Below the pieces are notes generated by a model that did no database searches, was not told the DNA's origin, and worked only from the letters and a program-made list of their open reading frames with translations. Below, piece after piece: positions 40,216-54,526 of a stretch of 64,000 nt of DNA (its first letter is position 1; every line of letters begins with the position of its first letter). The stretch spans positions 10,168,001 to 10,232,000 of the forward strand of contig OX597835.1 of the NCBI GenBank assembly GCA_951406725.2, given 5' to 3'. The stretch is from Octopus vulgaris (Eukaryota). A program made the position numbers and the translations under genes.

Positions 40216-40302
40216 TGCATTACAGCCGTTTCAGGCGGCTCCATTCAATGAATCAATGCAAGCATCGCATCAATTTGAAATACGCTTCCCTCCTCAGAAG
40301 CA
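40216..40302 (-). ncRNA. degenerate type I hammerhead motif
   Basis: Minus strand reads TGCTT CTGAGGA GGG...CCT GAAA CGGCTG TA^ATGCA; helices I and II imperfect. Confidence 0.4.
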
Positions 40303-40799
40303 TACAGAATACTCCATTATAATTTTTTAGCAAATTTTTCATCAGAACTAGAGAATAAAAGAATTACATTCCTGTTGCTATTATTGTAACAGAATGAACT
40401 TAGGAGGAATTCAACTTTTTTCTGTTGAGGGCTTATATACCCCTTTATTAGACTACTTTCCTTAGTCATTGCACGATGGTCGTCATAAGCTTTAAGCTTA
40501 TATAAATACCATTATTAGTATTTACAGGAAGTGGTGAGCTGGCAGAAACGTTAGCACATCAGGTGAAATGCTTAGCAACATTTCGTCTGTCTTTACACTC
40601 TGAGTTCAAATTCCACTGAGGTCGACTTTGCCTTTCATCCTTTTGGGGTCAATAAATTAAGTACCAGTTGTGTACTGGAGTCGATCTAATCGACTGCCCC
40701 CCTCCCCAAAAAATTTCAGGCCTTGTGCCTAGAGAAGAAAAGATTGTTATTTACAGGATTGTAAAACATGGCACCATATAACAAAACCATTCACACCAA

Positions 40800-40830
<31 letters not shown>

Positions 40831-41106
40831 TATATTAAATTAGAGATAAAACCACTATTAGGCAAATCAAACAGTGAAAAACATAAGCCAATACATAATA
40901 TTAATTTAAAAATATAAAAGTTAAAAATAAAAAATTATTTAAATAATTTAAACTTATAAATTTTATATATATACAAATATATATATATATGTATGTATAT
41001 ATTTTTATATTTATATATATTTTATTTATTATTAATATATTTATTTATTTATTTGGTTTTTTTTAAATATCAAAAGTATTAAAAGTTTAATAAAAGATAT
41101 ATATAT

Positions 41107-41186
<80 letters not shown>

Positions 41187-41368
41187 GGCTTTTCCGTAAC
41201 AAAATGGCTTTTCCGTTTTCGTTCTGTTGATTTTTACGTCTTCTTGTGGTGTCCTGTACGTATATATATATATATTTATATATGCATGTATATATACATG
41301 TAGATGTCGGTACGTACATATATGTTTGTATGTATGCATATATTTTATTTATTACATATATATATATT

Positions 41369-41399
<31 letters not shown>

Positions 41400-41401
<2 letters not shown>

Positions 41402-41912
41402 GGAACATCTCGCTGTGCTTGAGGAGACCCGTTGAGTCAAGTGCATGTACATGAACATCGAACCAAATATCAATGGAAACAGTAGTAGTTGTGATACCTG
41501 TGCCGGTGACACATAAAAAGCACCATCCGAACATGGCCGTCGCCAGTGCAGCCTCCACTGGCTTCTGTGCCGGTGGCACATAAAAATCACCATCCGAACG
41601 TGACCGATGCCAGCACCGCCTTAACTGGCTTCTGTGCCGGTAGCATAAAAAAAAAAAAGAATAAAAAGCACCAACTGATTGTGGCCGATGCTAGACCCCT
41701 CTGGCACCTGTGCAGGTGGCACGTAAAAAGCACCCACTACACTCGCGGAGTGGTTGGCGTTAGGAAGGGGCATCCAGCTGTAGAAACATTGCCAGATAAG
41801 ACTGGAGCCTGGGGCAGCCTTCTGGCTCCCCAGACCCCGGTCGAACCGTCCAACCCGTGCTAGCGCGGAAAACGGACGTTAAACGATGATGATGATGATG
41901 ATGATGATGATG
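41400..41912 (+). mobile_element. RTE-tailed SINE-like repeat (family D) with internal ~60-bp subrepeats and (ATG)n tail
   Basis: GTGGTTGGCGTTAGGAAGGGGCATCCAGCTGTAGAAAC...GGAAAACGGACGTTAAACGATGATG; relatives at 44604-44884(-), 46770-46990(-), 50100-50390(-), 51340-51850(+). Confidence 0.7.
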
Positions 41913-42293
41913 ATATAAAGTAAATATGTGAAGTATTATTACTGTTAAAATCAGTGATAACGTGGTGGCTAGCAAGACTTCTACCTAAACAGGTATAAAA
42001 TATTTAAAGAAAAGAAGGATAAAGCTTCATAAAAACCACCAATTCTTTGATAAATACACACAAGAGCAATGTAATGAATATTTTAAAAAATAGGCCTGCC
42101 TGGAATTTGAAGGCAGTTTTAATACATAGCCCAATATCAATTGATTTCATGCTATGCATGATAAAACATGCTTTGTAATCCTCAGTTGGAGACAGTATTT
42201 AACATCTATTTCTAAAATATTCATTACGTCAACTCATGTGCGTTTCTAACTTTAAACATCCCGCTCCATTTAAAGAGAAAATTATTGTAAACA

Positions 42294-42644
42294 GAAATAT
42301 TAAATTTCTAAATCTCTCATAGAGATATGTACGGCGGTGGGGGCGATAGAACGGTTGTATACTGTCAATCTGACGTGAACGTGACAGTAGGGGGTTACAC
42401 CACCGCTTTTAGCCCTAGGAAGCATTGACGCTTCCTGATGGCTTTGACACATTATTCCTGTGTCCTTATATACGATGCAGGCCTGGCTGCTGGGGGTGTT
42501 GGCCTCCCCTTCGTAAATGTATATAAGGACACAGGAATAATGTGTCGAAGCCATCAGGAAGCGTCGATGCTTCCTAGGGCTAAACAGCGGTGGTGTAACC
42601 CCCTACTGTCACGTTCATGTTAGATTGACAGTATACAACCATTC
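42294..42644. mobile_element. second copy of the foldback element, central hammerhead deleted, 11-bp TSD
   Basis: Homologous to 33664-34125; TATTGTAAACA at 42283-42293 and 42645-42655. Confidence 0.75.
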
Positions 42645-42979
42645 TATTGTAAACAATAACAAAGTAAATATGTGACATACCGTGACCGACCAGGCCATCA
42701 GCTGTTGTTACACATCGCTGGTCACAATGCGCTTTGCATTGTTTTAGCCTTCAAATGACGCCACCCCGCTGGCTAAGCGAGCAGACCAACAGAAGAAAGA
42801 GTGAGAGAAGGTTGTGGCGAAAGAGTACAGCAGGGATCGCCACCCCCCGCCCCTGCCGGAGCCACATGGAGCTTTAGGTGTTTTCGCTCAATAAACACTC
42901 ACAACGCCCGGTCTGGGAATCGAAACCACGATCCTACGACCGCGAGTCCGCTGCCCTAACCACTAGGCCATTGCGCCTC

Positions 42980-43098
<119 letters not shown>

Positions 43099-44554
43099 TA
43101 AATTGGAATTATTGCATGTATGCTATATTTCCTGATATTACTCCTGCTGGCAAAAGTATACCATGAAAGTTACCCATCATATGAGGGGTAACACTTTGGT
43201 GTATATACCACTAACAAAATACCCACCATTTCCACTCCCAACCCACAAACAGGTGAAAACGTGACATTACATTGATTAGCAATTTATCCAACAGATAAGA
43301 GTATTAGACTTACTTTAGTATTGACGGGAGAATCTTAATGGTTAATCGCTAATTCATGTATGTATGTATGTGTATATATATACATATATATATATCAGAA
43401 ATACTAAATTTCTAAATCTCTCGTAGAGACATGTACGGTGGTGGGGTGATAGAATGGTTGTATACTGTCAATCTAACGTGAACGTGACAGTAGGGGGTAC
43501 ACCACTGCTGTTTAGCCCTAGGAAGCCTCGACGCCTCCTGATGGCTTTGACACATTTTTCCTGTGTCCTTATATACATTTATGAAGGGGAGACAAACACC
43601 CCCAGCCGCCCGGTGCTGCATCGTGTCCCTATTTTGAAAATACAAGGCATCGCAAACTATTGTATGCATGCAATATAACATAGAGGGAACTGGAGCATCT
43701 TAAGTAACCGACCCCTAGATACATCGTGGGCACCTGACTGCTGCTGATGCAGTTGATGAGATATATTCACCCTGGTGTCTCGCAAATATATTTATATTTA
43801 TATATATATATATATGGAAACTACATTTTATTTTCTGGACTGAGATTTGAAACTGAATCTAAAGATTCTCGCTCGCCTGATCCACCGCTATTCATTGACC
43901 AGGCACAAAAAAATCTCTTTGTCCTGTCAGAAGTGATGGATGAGTTTCCACTTGGGCCTCCAGCCTGAACAGTTTCCCAAAGGGTTCAGCTGGCCAGCAG
44001 GTGACCTATATAAGTACAAACTACTCCTATGAAATACCTATCCTTCTAACTAGGATGACAGTTATAAACATTGGTTTCCTTGGACACATGATAGAGAGCC
44101 AGGTAGCTAGTGACAGGCAAGCAGTCAACAGACAGCCAGATAGTCAGTGGTGACCAGCTAGATGGGCAATGACACAAGACAGTAGCAGCTGCTGAACATG
44201 AACAGATGAGACAGAAAAACAACACAACACAACCAAATGACCAACGCACACACAGACACAAAAGATGCCCCGTGCTATCTCATCACATCAACATATTATT
44301 TCTCCTGTTTTTTCCTTCGTGGACTCGAAACAGTTGGCGACTTTGCGCAGTGGCCTTTATTGAAGTTTCAGATCAAGCTTTGTGTCTCCAACATGTAAAT
44401 GCAACTGTTAACCAAATAAACTGTTTAAAAGTACATTCTGGAGCTTTCCTCATTGTTTTTCCTTTGATGTCATCCGACATGCCTATCTTCATCTGCTACA
44501 TCCGACAACATACATTGAACTATCAACAACATCACATTTCACTACTTGTCCCAC

Positions 44555-44607
<53 letters not shown>

Positions 44608-44882
44608 TCATCATCATCATCATCATTTAACGTCCGTTCTCCATGCTAGCATGGGTTGGACGGTTCGACCGGGGATCTGGGAAGCCAGAAGGCTGCACCA
44701 GGCTCCGGTCTTATCTGGCAATGTTTCTACAGCTGGATGCCCTTCCTAACGCCAACCACTCCGTGAGTGTAGTGGGTGCTTTTTACGTGCCACCTGCACT
44801 GGTGCCAGGCGAGGCTGGCACCGGCCACGGTCAGATTGGTGCATTTTATGTGCCACCTGCACGGATGCCAGTTGAGGCGGCA

Positions 44883-44932
<50 letters not shown>

Positions 44933-45247
44933 CGAGGGTGAGTCAAAAAGTAATGCCATTTTGTTTAGGACAGGCATAATTACCAGCACAGGATCATGTA
45001 CCATACATCAAAATGAAGCTGGTCCTCTGTAGATCACATCCCTACTTCTCAACATAGTCTAAACAGCTTGACCCTATCTGCATTGGTTACAACAGACCAA
45101 TCAGAAACTTCTCTTCTAAGTCCCTTTTACAGCCTTCATGGCAGTCAGGAGTCAGAGAGAGGCAGCTGGTTCCAGCCAGTCATTGGTCAACCCAGCTAGA
45201 GCTTCAAGCCAGCCTAATACATAATGCACATTCTCTTCCTTTCTCTT

Positions 45248-45281
<34 letters not shown>

Positions 45282-45285
45282 CATC

Positions 45286-45800
45286 TATGGCACGTATGAA
45301 TGACGAAGCCACCTTGAGCATAATCCTATGAACCCAGAAATTGAAAACAGAGGGTTACCCACTTGCAAACAAATGTGGTAACATATAACAATATTGACCA
45401 AGGTTACCGTGGTCTTTTTCGTAGGCTTTTCTTCCCACGGATAAACCTTACTTGTTTTCCCCCTTACACCATATATCATAACACTGTGATACACGATCCC
45501 TATTGATCGTTTTTTCCTCTTCCCCTTTTTTCTTCCTTTTTCATTTCTCTTTTCTTTTGTTCCTTTTCCTTTTCTTCTTTTTTTTTTATTTTTATTTTTT
45601 ATTTTTATTTTATTTTTTTTTGTTCTTTTCTTCCCTTTTACGATCCCTCTTGATTGAAAACCTATGCCACCCCTTTTTTTTTTGTTTCTTTTGTTTTTTT
45701 GTTTTTTTCATCCCCCAAAAGAAAAGCTCTACCTTGTAACTTGTCCCATCTGTGTGCAGCCCTGTGTGGTCAATAAAGAAACTTATCTATCCATCTATCT
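45286..45800 (+). mobile_element. probable 3' end of an L1/Tx1-like LINE
   Basis: Short ORF end MARMNDEATLSIIL*, T-rich 3' UTR, AATAAA and a (TATC)n tail; family assignment from recall only. Confidence 0.35.
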
Positions 45801-46050
45801 ATCAACAATCTCTATCTTGTACCGAAATTTGAAACCAATATCTTCATACATTAAAACAATATTTATCAAAAAGAAAAGGGACACTATATTACATATAATT
45901 AACATGATATAAATAGCAACTAACTTTTTGGAATGTTATAAGGGTCAACAACAAAGATTCTTATCAGTTCAATATACAGGTGACCCAGTTTTTCTTGATG
46001 TTTCAGATAAATTCTAAGTTCATAATACAAATATATATATATAGCTTATT

Positions 46051-46081
<31 letters not shown>

Positions 46082-46420
46082 AGCAGCAATAGCAATGACA
46101 CACACACACACAATCACACATACATACATTCTTACATGTACACACACATACATATATAAATATATATATATATATGCATGCATGTATGTGTGTGTGTGTG
46201 TATGTGTGTGTGTAAGTGCATACAAAAAGAGAAGCGGTGACTGTCTGTCAGGCAGAGTGTATCTTGTGACATCAGCTGATAAGGAAATGATGCCCCGGGG
46301 TGAAAGTTTATACCATAAACCAGTCTGCAGTTATCAACATTACAGTGATTTAAATAATTAGAACCAAACGAGGAAAAACATGTTGTCGAAGTAGTGTTTT
46401 GTGTGTGTTGCGAATTCTTG

Positions 46421-46455
<35 letters not shown>

Positions 46456-47653
46456 GTCATCATCATGATCATCACCATCATCATCGTTGTCGTCGTCGTC
46501 GTCATCATCATCATATTAATCATCATCATCATCGTCATCATCATCATCATCATCACCATCATCATCGTCGTCGTCGTCGTCGTCATCATCATATTAATCA
46601 TCATCATCGTCGTCATCATCATCATCATCGTCATCGTCATCGTCATCATCACCGTCGTCATCATCATCATCATCATCATCATCGTCATCGTCATCATCAT
46701 CATCATCATCGTCATCGTCATCATCATCATCATCGTCGTTGTTGTCGTCATCGTCGTAATCGTCGTCATCATCGTTTAATGTCTGCTTTCCATGTTGGCA
46801 TGGATTGGACGGTTTGACACGGGGCTGGCAAACCAAGACGTGGTTTCTATGGCTGGATGCCTTTCCTGACAGCAACCCCTTTTTATGTGCCACCAGCATG
46901 GATGCATATACACAGCACCAACGTGGGTGCATTAACGCAGCACTGGTACGGATGCTTTTTATGTGGCACCGGCACCTGAAAGGACAAGCCTGTGTGTGAG
47001 CAATTATACTTAGCTTGACTTGTTTTATCAAGTACAGCTAATTACCAATCTCCTGGTCCCCTATCATTTCCTTAGTGAGACCCAGCATCCAAAGGTCCTT
47101 TCACACCACTTCATTTCACAAAGTACTTTTTTTAGGTACATGAGAGATGGGAACAATAAAAGTGAGGAAAATCAATCACATGAACTAGAGGAATAGAGAT
47201 ACAGTAAACTGATGTCTCATTCAATTTGAATGTGTCTGGTATAAAGACTAGCTAGTGGAAGAGAGAAAAGGGCTTGCTCTGGTCAAGTTCCACCAAGAAA
47301 GGAGCTGTATCCTGCTAAGGAAAGGGAGAAGAGAGCAATGGCATTCTGTCAAGAAAAGTAAAAGAAATCCATGCTTTGGTTGAATTTTGATGAGGAAAGC
47401 AGCTGAAATGGGGGTCCTCTAAAGGACCTTCTGGAGTAATGTTACTCGACAGGGTTCACGGCTTGGAGATCAGGGAGCTAGGAGGCTAAGACATAAGTAT
47501 CCAAAGTCTAAAAGACATGTTTGTATGAAGGAACAAAACCATCTGAAGATGGTCAAGAATGGAATCAATCTAAAAAGAAGCAAAGGAACAAAGAAACACG
47601 AAAGAAAGGTCTAAGAGAAGAGAAATGTTTGAAATAACAAAGAAGATACTTAC

Positions 47654-47713
47654 GGAAATATTCTTCCCTTCTTTACCGACAACGATGGCCAGTTCCACTT
47701 CCCAATCAAGTTG
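47654..47713 (-). CDS. FAHD2: FAHD2-like 60-nt exon (QLDWEVELAIVVGKEGKNIS)
   Basis: Acceptor ttttgttttccAG, donor GTAAGT; metal-binding DWEVEL motif. Confidence 0.95.
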
Positions 47714-47923
47714 CTGGAAAACAAAAGAGAAAAACACAAAATGAAAGAGAGTTTAGCAACCATCGAACACCGTATTCTTATCCTTTCTTAACATTCATCC
47801 TCATCATCATCATCATTTCGGTAAGCAACTTGCTCAGACCAATGCCACCCTTCCATGCCAGATGCCCCGTTAGAGCAATGTAGTATGATTGTCTGGCAAG
47901 GCGGCGGGGCAAAATGCGTAGCT

Positions 47924-48693
47924 GTATTTCGTCTGCCGTTACGTTCTGAGTTCAAATTCCGCTGAGGTCAACTTTGCCTTTCATCCTTTTGGGGTCGATA
48001 AATTAAGTACCAGTTACGCACTGGGGTCGATATAATCGACTTAATCCATTTGTCTGTCCTTGTTTGTCTTTGTTTGTCCTCTCTGTGTTTAGCCCCTTGT
48101 GGGCAGTAAAGAAATAGGTATTTCGTCTGCTGTTACGTTCTGAGTTCAAATTCCGCTGAGGTCGACTTTGCCTTTCATTCTTTTGGGGTCAATAAATTAA
48201 GTACCAGTTATGCACTGGGGTCGATATAATCGACTTAATCCGTTTGTCTGTCCTTGTTTGTCCTCTCTGTGTTTAGCCCCTTGTGGGCAGTAAAGAAATG
48301 GGTATATCGTCTGCCATTACGTTCTGAGTTCAAATTCCGCTGAGGTCAACTTTGCCTTTCATCCTTTCGGGGTCGATAAATTAACTACCAGTTACGCACT
48401 GGGATCGATATAATCGACTTAATCCGTTTGTCTGTCCTTGTTTGTCCCTTCTGTGTTTAGCCCCTTGTGGGCAGTAAAGAAATAGGTATTTCGTCTGCCA
48501 TTACATTCTGAGTTCAAATTCCGCCAAGGTCGACTTTGCCTTTCATCCTTTTGGGGTCGATAAATTAAGTACCAGTTACGCACTGGGGTCGATATAATCG
48601 ACTTAATCCGTTTGTCTGTCCTTGTTTGTCCTGTCTGTGTTTAGCCCCTTGTGGGCAGTAAAGAAATAGGCATTTCGTCTGCTGTTACGTTCT
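47924..48693 (+). repeat. tandem array of four-plus ~184-bp units of a Nin-domain SINE body (family C)
   Basis: Units start at 47924, 48118, 48302, 48486, 48670; each contains a GCCTTTCATCCTTTCGGGGTCGATAAATTAAGTACCAG-like segment (Nin/Deu-type domain); dispersed monomers at ~18060-18230, 28668-28880, 35480-35700, 56025-56260, 61675-62270. Confidence 0.85.
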
Positions 48694-51012
48694 GCTGTCA
48701 GGCCTTTCTTTAGTTCTTCAGTTTTACTCAATGCGTGTCATGTGCTTTCATTTCTCTTCCTGTAGCATTAACAGACATGTTCCAGCCTCTCGCTTGTCTC
48801 ATCTCTCTGTCTTTTCCTATTTTTTACTGCTTCTATAATGGCCTATGTTCCTCAGAGCTCACTGGTCTCTCATAGGTCCCCTACTCAGACATCCCAACCC
48901 ACTCTCATCTTTCCACCTCTTGTCACATTCATTGCACATGCTCACACACACACACACACACACACACACGATGCCCCCTCTCTCTCTTTAGGAGAGGCAC
49001 AAGCACCTACACGCACATATACACACACGGCAGTAACTTCCGCCTGCCAAATTCAATCACAAAGCTTCGGTCGGCTCGGGGCTATAGCGGAAGACACCTA
49101 CCCAAAGTGCCACGCAGTGGGACTGAACCCGAAACCATGTAGTTAGGAAGCAAGCTCCCTAACCACACAGCCATGCCCAACTCATACTAACCGCTACACC
49201 CAATCCTTCCCCACACACAGCCTAAATCTTCTCCCTGGCAGGTACTGACCTGCAATGGCTTTAAGGGCGACCTTTAACAGCATCAATCTGGCCCCAGACT
49301 CAAAGGGTCTGCAAAGATCACAAGCATTACCCCTTCCTCCACACCTTCAGAGTCAGCAAATGAGGTAAAACAACAGCAAAAAAAAAGGATGGGGGGGGGG
49401 TAAAATAGGTATTTTTTTGTAGTTTTCTTTCTTTTATCCCTTCTGGTTCGTGTCTAATCAGTCAGGACCCAGACGGTGTCCGTCTGTCAGAATCTTGCTG
49501 TCCATATCTTGGTTATTCATTAGTCATTTTTTTAATGTAATCTTTGTTCTTTGAATGTCAAATTTATCAAAGACCTGCCCAGGAGAATTTCTTTGAATAT
49601 TTTGATAACATTCTGACCACGAGATCAGATAAATATTCCTGACACATTTCTAAAAACAATGGATTTGAGGAATTCTGAATATTAAGGCCTCAAAGGTCAT
49701 AGGAAACCTGACAAAAGCTGTTGAGAGGGCAAGGGGGGGGGGCAGAAGAGACTGGAGAGAAGGGAGAACTGGGTGGGGGAGATAACTGGGGAGGGAGGAG
49801 AAATGGAGAGGTGGAAGGGAGCGGGATGGGTGGTGGAGGAGAGAAAGAAAAAGAAGCAGCAGCAAGAGGGGGAGAAGGAGGAGGAGGAGGACTTTCAGAT
49901 AGAAACACAGAAACTTCAATGGTTTGGCATTTTGTTTCATTTTGAATTTTCTTGTCATCTGTTTCACTTTACCGCATAATCTACAAACACAAACACACAC
50001 ACACACACACACACACAACATGCACAAACATCTTTTTTTTTTTTTGATTCTTCGAATTATCTAATCAAGAGATGAAGAGTTGGCCAGGCCCTAGCTCTCA
50101 TCATCATCATCATCATCGTTTATCGTCCGTTTTCCATGCTAGCATGGGTTGGTCAGTTCGACCGGGTATCTGGGAAGCCAGAAGGCTGCACCAGGCTCCA
50201 ATCTGATCTGGCAATGCTTCTACGGCTGGATGCCCTTCCTAACGCCAACCACTCCATGAGTGTAGTGGGTGCTTTTTACATACCACCTGCACAGGTGCCA
50301 GATGAGGCTGGCAACGGCTGCAAATGGATGGTGCTTTTTACGTGCCACCAGCATGAGGCCAGTCGGGGCAGCGCTGGCAACAGCCATGGTTTAAGGAAGA
50401 GTTCTCCACATCGTAGTCAAGTGGCACTGAGCTCAATCCCACTACTTGCTACCTTGGGGCCAATATGTTCCACAACAGCTCTTACTGCTCAACTGGCACA
50501 GGTACCAGTCAACGAATTTGCGAACTTAACACATACACACACACACATATATACATATATATGACACATTTCTACACAGATTCAATCTATGAAATTCACT
50601 CGCAAGGCTTCAGTTGTCTTTGGGCTTTTGTAGAAGACACTTAAAATGTTTCATAGTAGAAATGAATCCAAAACCACTTTGGTCTTAAAGTAAAAATCTT
50701 TGCCCCATATTAGAATTCAGTCCACACACACAAAATAAATAATAGCACATATCTTGCCAAAATAAACAGAAATAAAGACAGGCTGTCTCCTCGGATTATT
50801 TCTTTTGGCATATTTATAACACCAGCGACAATTGTCGCATTTTCGATAAGAACAGCAAGAAGATTTAGTCAGATATCAGAAGAGCTTTCAATGAGACCGA
50901 CAAAGTAAGTGAGTCATGGGGGTTTTTTCCCTGAATGCGGTGATTGTGGTTACCATGTTGCGATATCAGTGAAACCAGTAAAGAAGATAAAAGAATACAA
51001 GAATATGCTTAC

Positions 51013-51229
51013 TGTCGTTTCTTTGGGATATTCAACATTATCCGTTGGACCAACAATGCAGCTGGAGAACTTACTAAAGATCACCGGTTCTGCGGGCAGA
51101 GCAATATTCATTTCTTCACAGTGGTCTTTGTAGTTCATACCAACACAAATTAATTTATCAGGATTTGTAATTGGTGACAATAACTTCACATCTTCCTTTA
51201 CACTTGAACACTTTGAGTTTTCAACCACC
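51013..51229 (-). CDS. FAHD2: FAHD2-like exon (VVENSKCSSVKEDVKLLSPITNPDKLICVGMNYKDHCEEMNIALPAEPVIFSKFSSCIVGPTDNVEYPKETT)
   Basis: Acceptor ttttcttgtAG, donor GTAAGC; PDK.ICVGMNY.DHC.E and EP.IFSKF motifs of FAHD2A/B. Confidence 0.95.
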
Positions 51230-52089
51230 CTACAAGAAAAAAGGGAAGCATTAAATGACCTTAGTCTCTTTGGTAGAAGAATAGAAATTTCTTAGTTTAA
51301 TATTAATAATATCAAGACTAATATTTCCTGCAGCAAATCGAAATCGAACCAAATCCTATGACTGGCACCCAGCCGTTGCCAGTGCCGCTGGACTGACTCC
51401 TGTGCAGGTGGCAAGTAAAGAAACACCGTTTCGACCCTGTGCTTGAGGAGATCCATTGAGTCAAGTACATCAACATCAAAAATCAATGGAAATTGTAGTT
51501 GTGATCCCTGTGCCAGGGGCACGTAAAAAGCACCATCCGAACATAGCCGATGCCAGCGACACCTTGACTGGCTTCTGTGCCAGGGACACGTAAAAAGCAC
51601 CATCTGAACATAGCCGATGCCAGCGCCGCCTTGACTGACTTCTGTGCCAGTGGCACATAAAAAGCTCCAACCGATCATGTGCTGATGTTATTGACATTTG
51701 TCCTGTTCACTGGCTTCATTCCTTCAAAGACATGTAAGATACGAGATCCCTTCTTTGAAAAATAGGTAAGTGTTAGTGATAGGAAGAGCATCCAGCTGTA
51801 ATGTAATATATTCATCTAACCCATGCTAGCATGGAAAAGTGGGTGTAAAACCTAATGAGTTTATATATAAAGACATTTAATACTCTTCAACTTTAATAAT
51901 GATAATACAAACCAGCCAGTTCAATAAAACATCTACAAACTATCTACACCCCTCACACCGCCAAAATTACCACCACTATCTCCATCCATGACAACCACTA
52001 TTAATATGCTGATAAAACTGAAAGTTTTACCATAAATTGATAAGCAGGCACATGACTGTTAATAAGATATCCTAATCAGCATGGACAAG

Positions 52090-52121
<32 letters not shown>

Positions 52122-52743
52122 GCCGCTGCTGCTGCTGCTGCTGTTGTTGTTGTTTAGCTTCAAGTCAACTTTTGATTACAAAAAATTCCAGCCATGACAA
52201 TTCAGACTTTCATTTATTTTTTTTTTTTTTTTCTTAGCAACAGTGTACAAACATAACATTCACCTTTTTTTTTTTAAAAACAGCCAGGTGCAGTGCAGTG
52301 AGAAGGAGATTTGGTTGCTGTTTCTAGCGAAATCAATGACCACTAGGACAGGGTTTTCTCCTTGGCTCATGCTGACGTGTTAAGTAAACAGCTGCCACAT
52401 ACAAGACGACCTATCATCAACTAATATAGGACACGGGGGGGGGGGGATAAAATTCAATATTATCATCACCACCACCACCACCACTACCACCCCCACCACC
52501 ACCATCAGCAGCAGCAGCATCATTGTCATTGTTCTCATCAACTTAGCTATTAACACCACCATCATCATCATCATCATCCTCATTGCTATTATCATTAAAT
52601 ATCACCATCATCATCATCATCACCTCAAAAACCACTATTTTCATCACCGTATATATATATTTATATATATATATGCATATATATATTTATATATATATTT
52701 ATATATATATATGCATATGTATATGTGTATAGATATATACATT

Positions 52744-52774
<31 letters not shown>

Positions 52775-52889
52775 CTCTATATGTGTGTATATATATATAT
52801 ACATATATATGCATTTGTATATATATATATGTATGTATATGTGTATATATATATATATGCACATATATATATGTGTATATGTGTGTATG

Positions 52890-52927
<38 letters not shown>

Positions 52928-53241
52928 TATATGTATATATATATGATTGTATATGTATATATACACATATATATGTGTGTGTGTATATATATATATATAT
53001 ATGTATGTATATATATATATACATATATGTATATATATATACACACACACACATACACATATATATATGTGTATGTATATATATATATATATACATATAT
53101 GTATATATATATATATAACATATATACACATATATATACACATATATATGTGTATATATATATATATAGATACATATACATATATATGTATATATATATA
53201 TATATACGTATATGTATGTGTGTGTGTGTGTGTGTGTATCG

Positions 53242-53428
53242 AAATAAGCCAACAAGGATATCCAGAAGTAATGCAGTACGATCGATCGTTTCATGCAACT
53301 CCATTTAATTGAGCAATACAATCATTGCTCTACATTTTAAATTGATGTAATGATTGTATCGTTCAATTAAATGGAGTCGCATGAAACGATCGTACTGAAT
53401 TACCTCTGGATATCGTTCTTGCTTATTT
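53242..53428. repeat. imperfect palindrome whose arms are the 3' half of a hammerhead (GCAT GAAA CGATCG TA CTG)
   Basis: Arms of ~80 bp; the same GCATGAAACGATCGTA occurs in the complete motif at 55228-55291. Confidence 0.75.
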
Positions 53429-54036
53429 TGATTTTAATCACCTTATTCTCCTTCTGTTGTATGACTAATAAGCATTTTTTCTGTTCTACATGTATAATTG
53501 TTTTTATTGTATTTGTATTATTTTTTATTTTTATTGTATATGTATTATCATTTTAGTTGGTCTTGTTTTTGTCCATAAATTAATAAGCAGGCACATGACT
53601 GTTAATAAGATATCATAATCAGCATGGATAAGTTGTTGTTGTTGTTGTTTAGCTTCAAGTCAACTTTTGATTACAACAATTCCAACCATGACAATCCAGA
53701 CTTCTATTTTTTTTTTCTTAGCAACAGTGTATTATTTTTTATTTTTATTTATTTGCTAGCTTTTCCTAGAAGCTTAATTAATGCTCTGGCACCTGCCAAG
53801 ATTGAGTGGTCTCAATGGTAAAAAGTGTGAAACTGCTACGATATCTTGGACTTTGATTGAAGAGGCAATCAGCCGCGAATAATGTTTCTTGTATCATGTC
53901 TTTGTCCAGTTTTCTGTTTGTTATGTTTTCGTCTAGTTTTCCATTTGTTGTGTTTTTGCTGGTTTTCCACCTGCTGTGTTTTTGTCTAATTTTTCTCATT
54001 GTGTTCTTTCTGTTCAACTCTTGATTTATATAAATA

Positions 54037-54526
54037 CTAGCAGAGATACCTGGCGTTGCTCAGCATTAAAATGGCAAAGGTTTTTTTTATCGTTTTACTT
54101 GTTTCAGTCATGTGACTGCAGCCTTGCTGGAGCACCACCTTTAGTCAAACAAATCGACCCCAGGATTTATTCTTTGTAAGCCTAGTAACTTATTCTATCA
54201 GTGTCTTTTGCCAAACCCCTAAGTTATGGAGACGTAAACACAACATCAGTTGCGAGCGATGGTGAGGGTACAAACACAAACACATTCACAACAAATATAC
54301 TCATATATAAGACAGTCTTCTTTCAGTTTCACTTTTATTCTTTGCTTTTTGAGACGTAATATGGAACCAGTGCCAATGTTGCATTGTTTTAATTCAAAAA
54401 AATTACATGTTGACACCCCTGGGGTGTGATAGTATTACCATGTGAAATTTGATTTATTTGGTTGAGCCATTTGAGAATGCATTGGGAACAGACAGAGATA
54501 CGAAAGATTTTAAATATAGATATAGA
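54037..54526 (-). mobile_element. degenerate non-autonomous Helitron with a nested SINE A (~54093-54330)
   Basis: Plus-strand ACTAGCAGAGATACCTGGCGTTGCTC end, as at 12901, and a TATAGAT at the other end. Confidence 0.55.

Noticed and set aside
47924-48693. Regularly spaced repeats superficially like a CRISPR array
   Set aside because: Whole 184-bp units repeat with no unique spacers; SINE-derived, eukaryotic context, no cas genes
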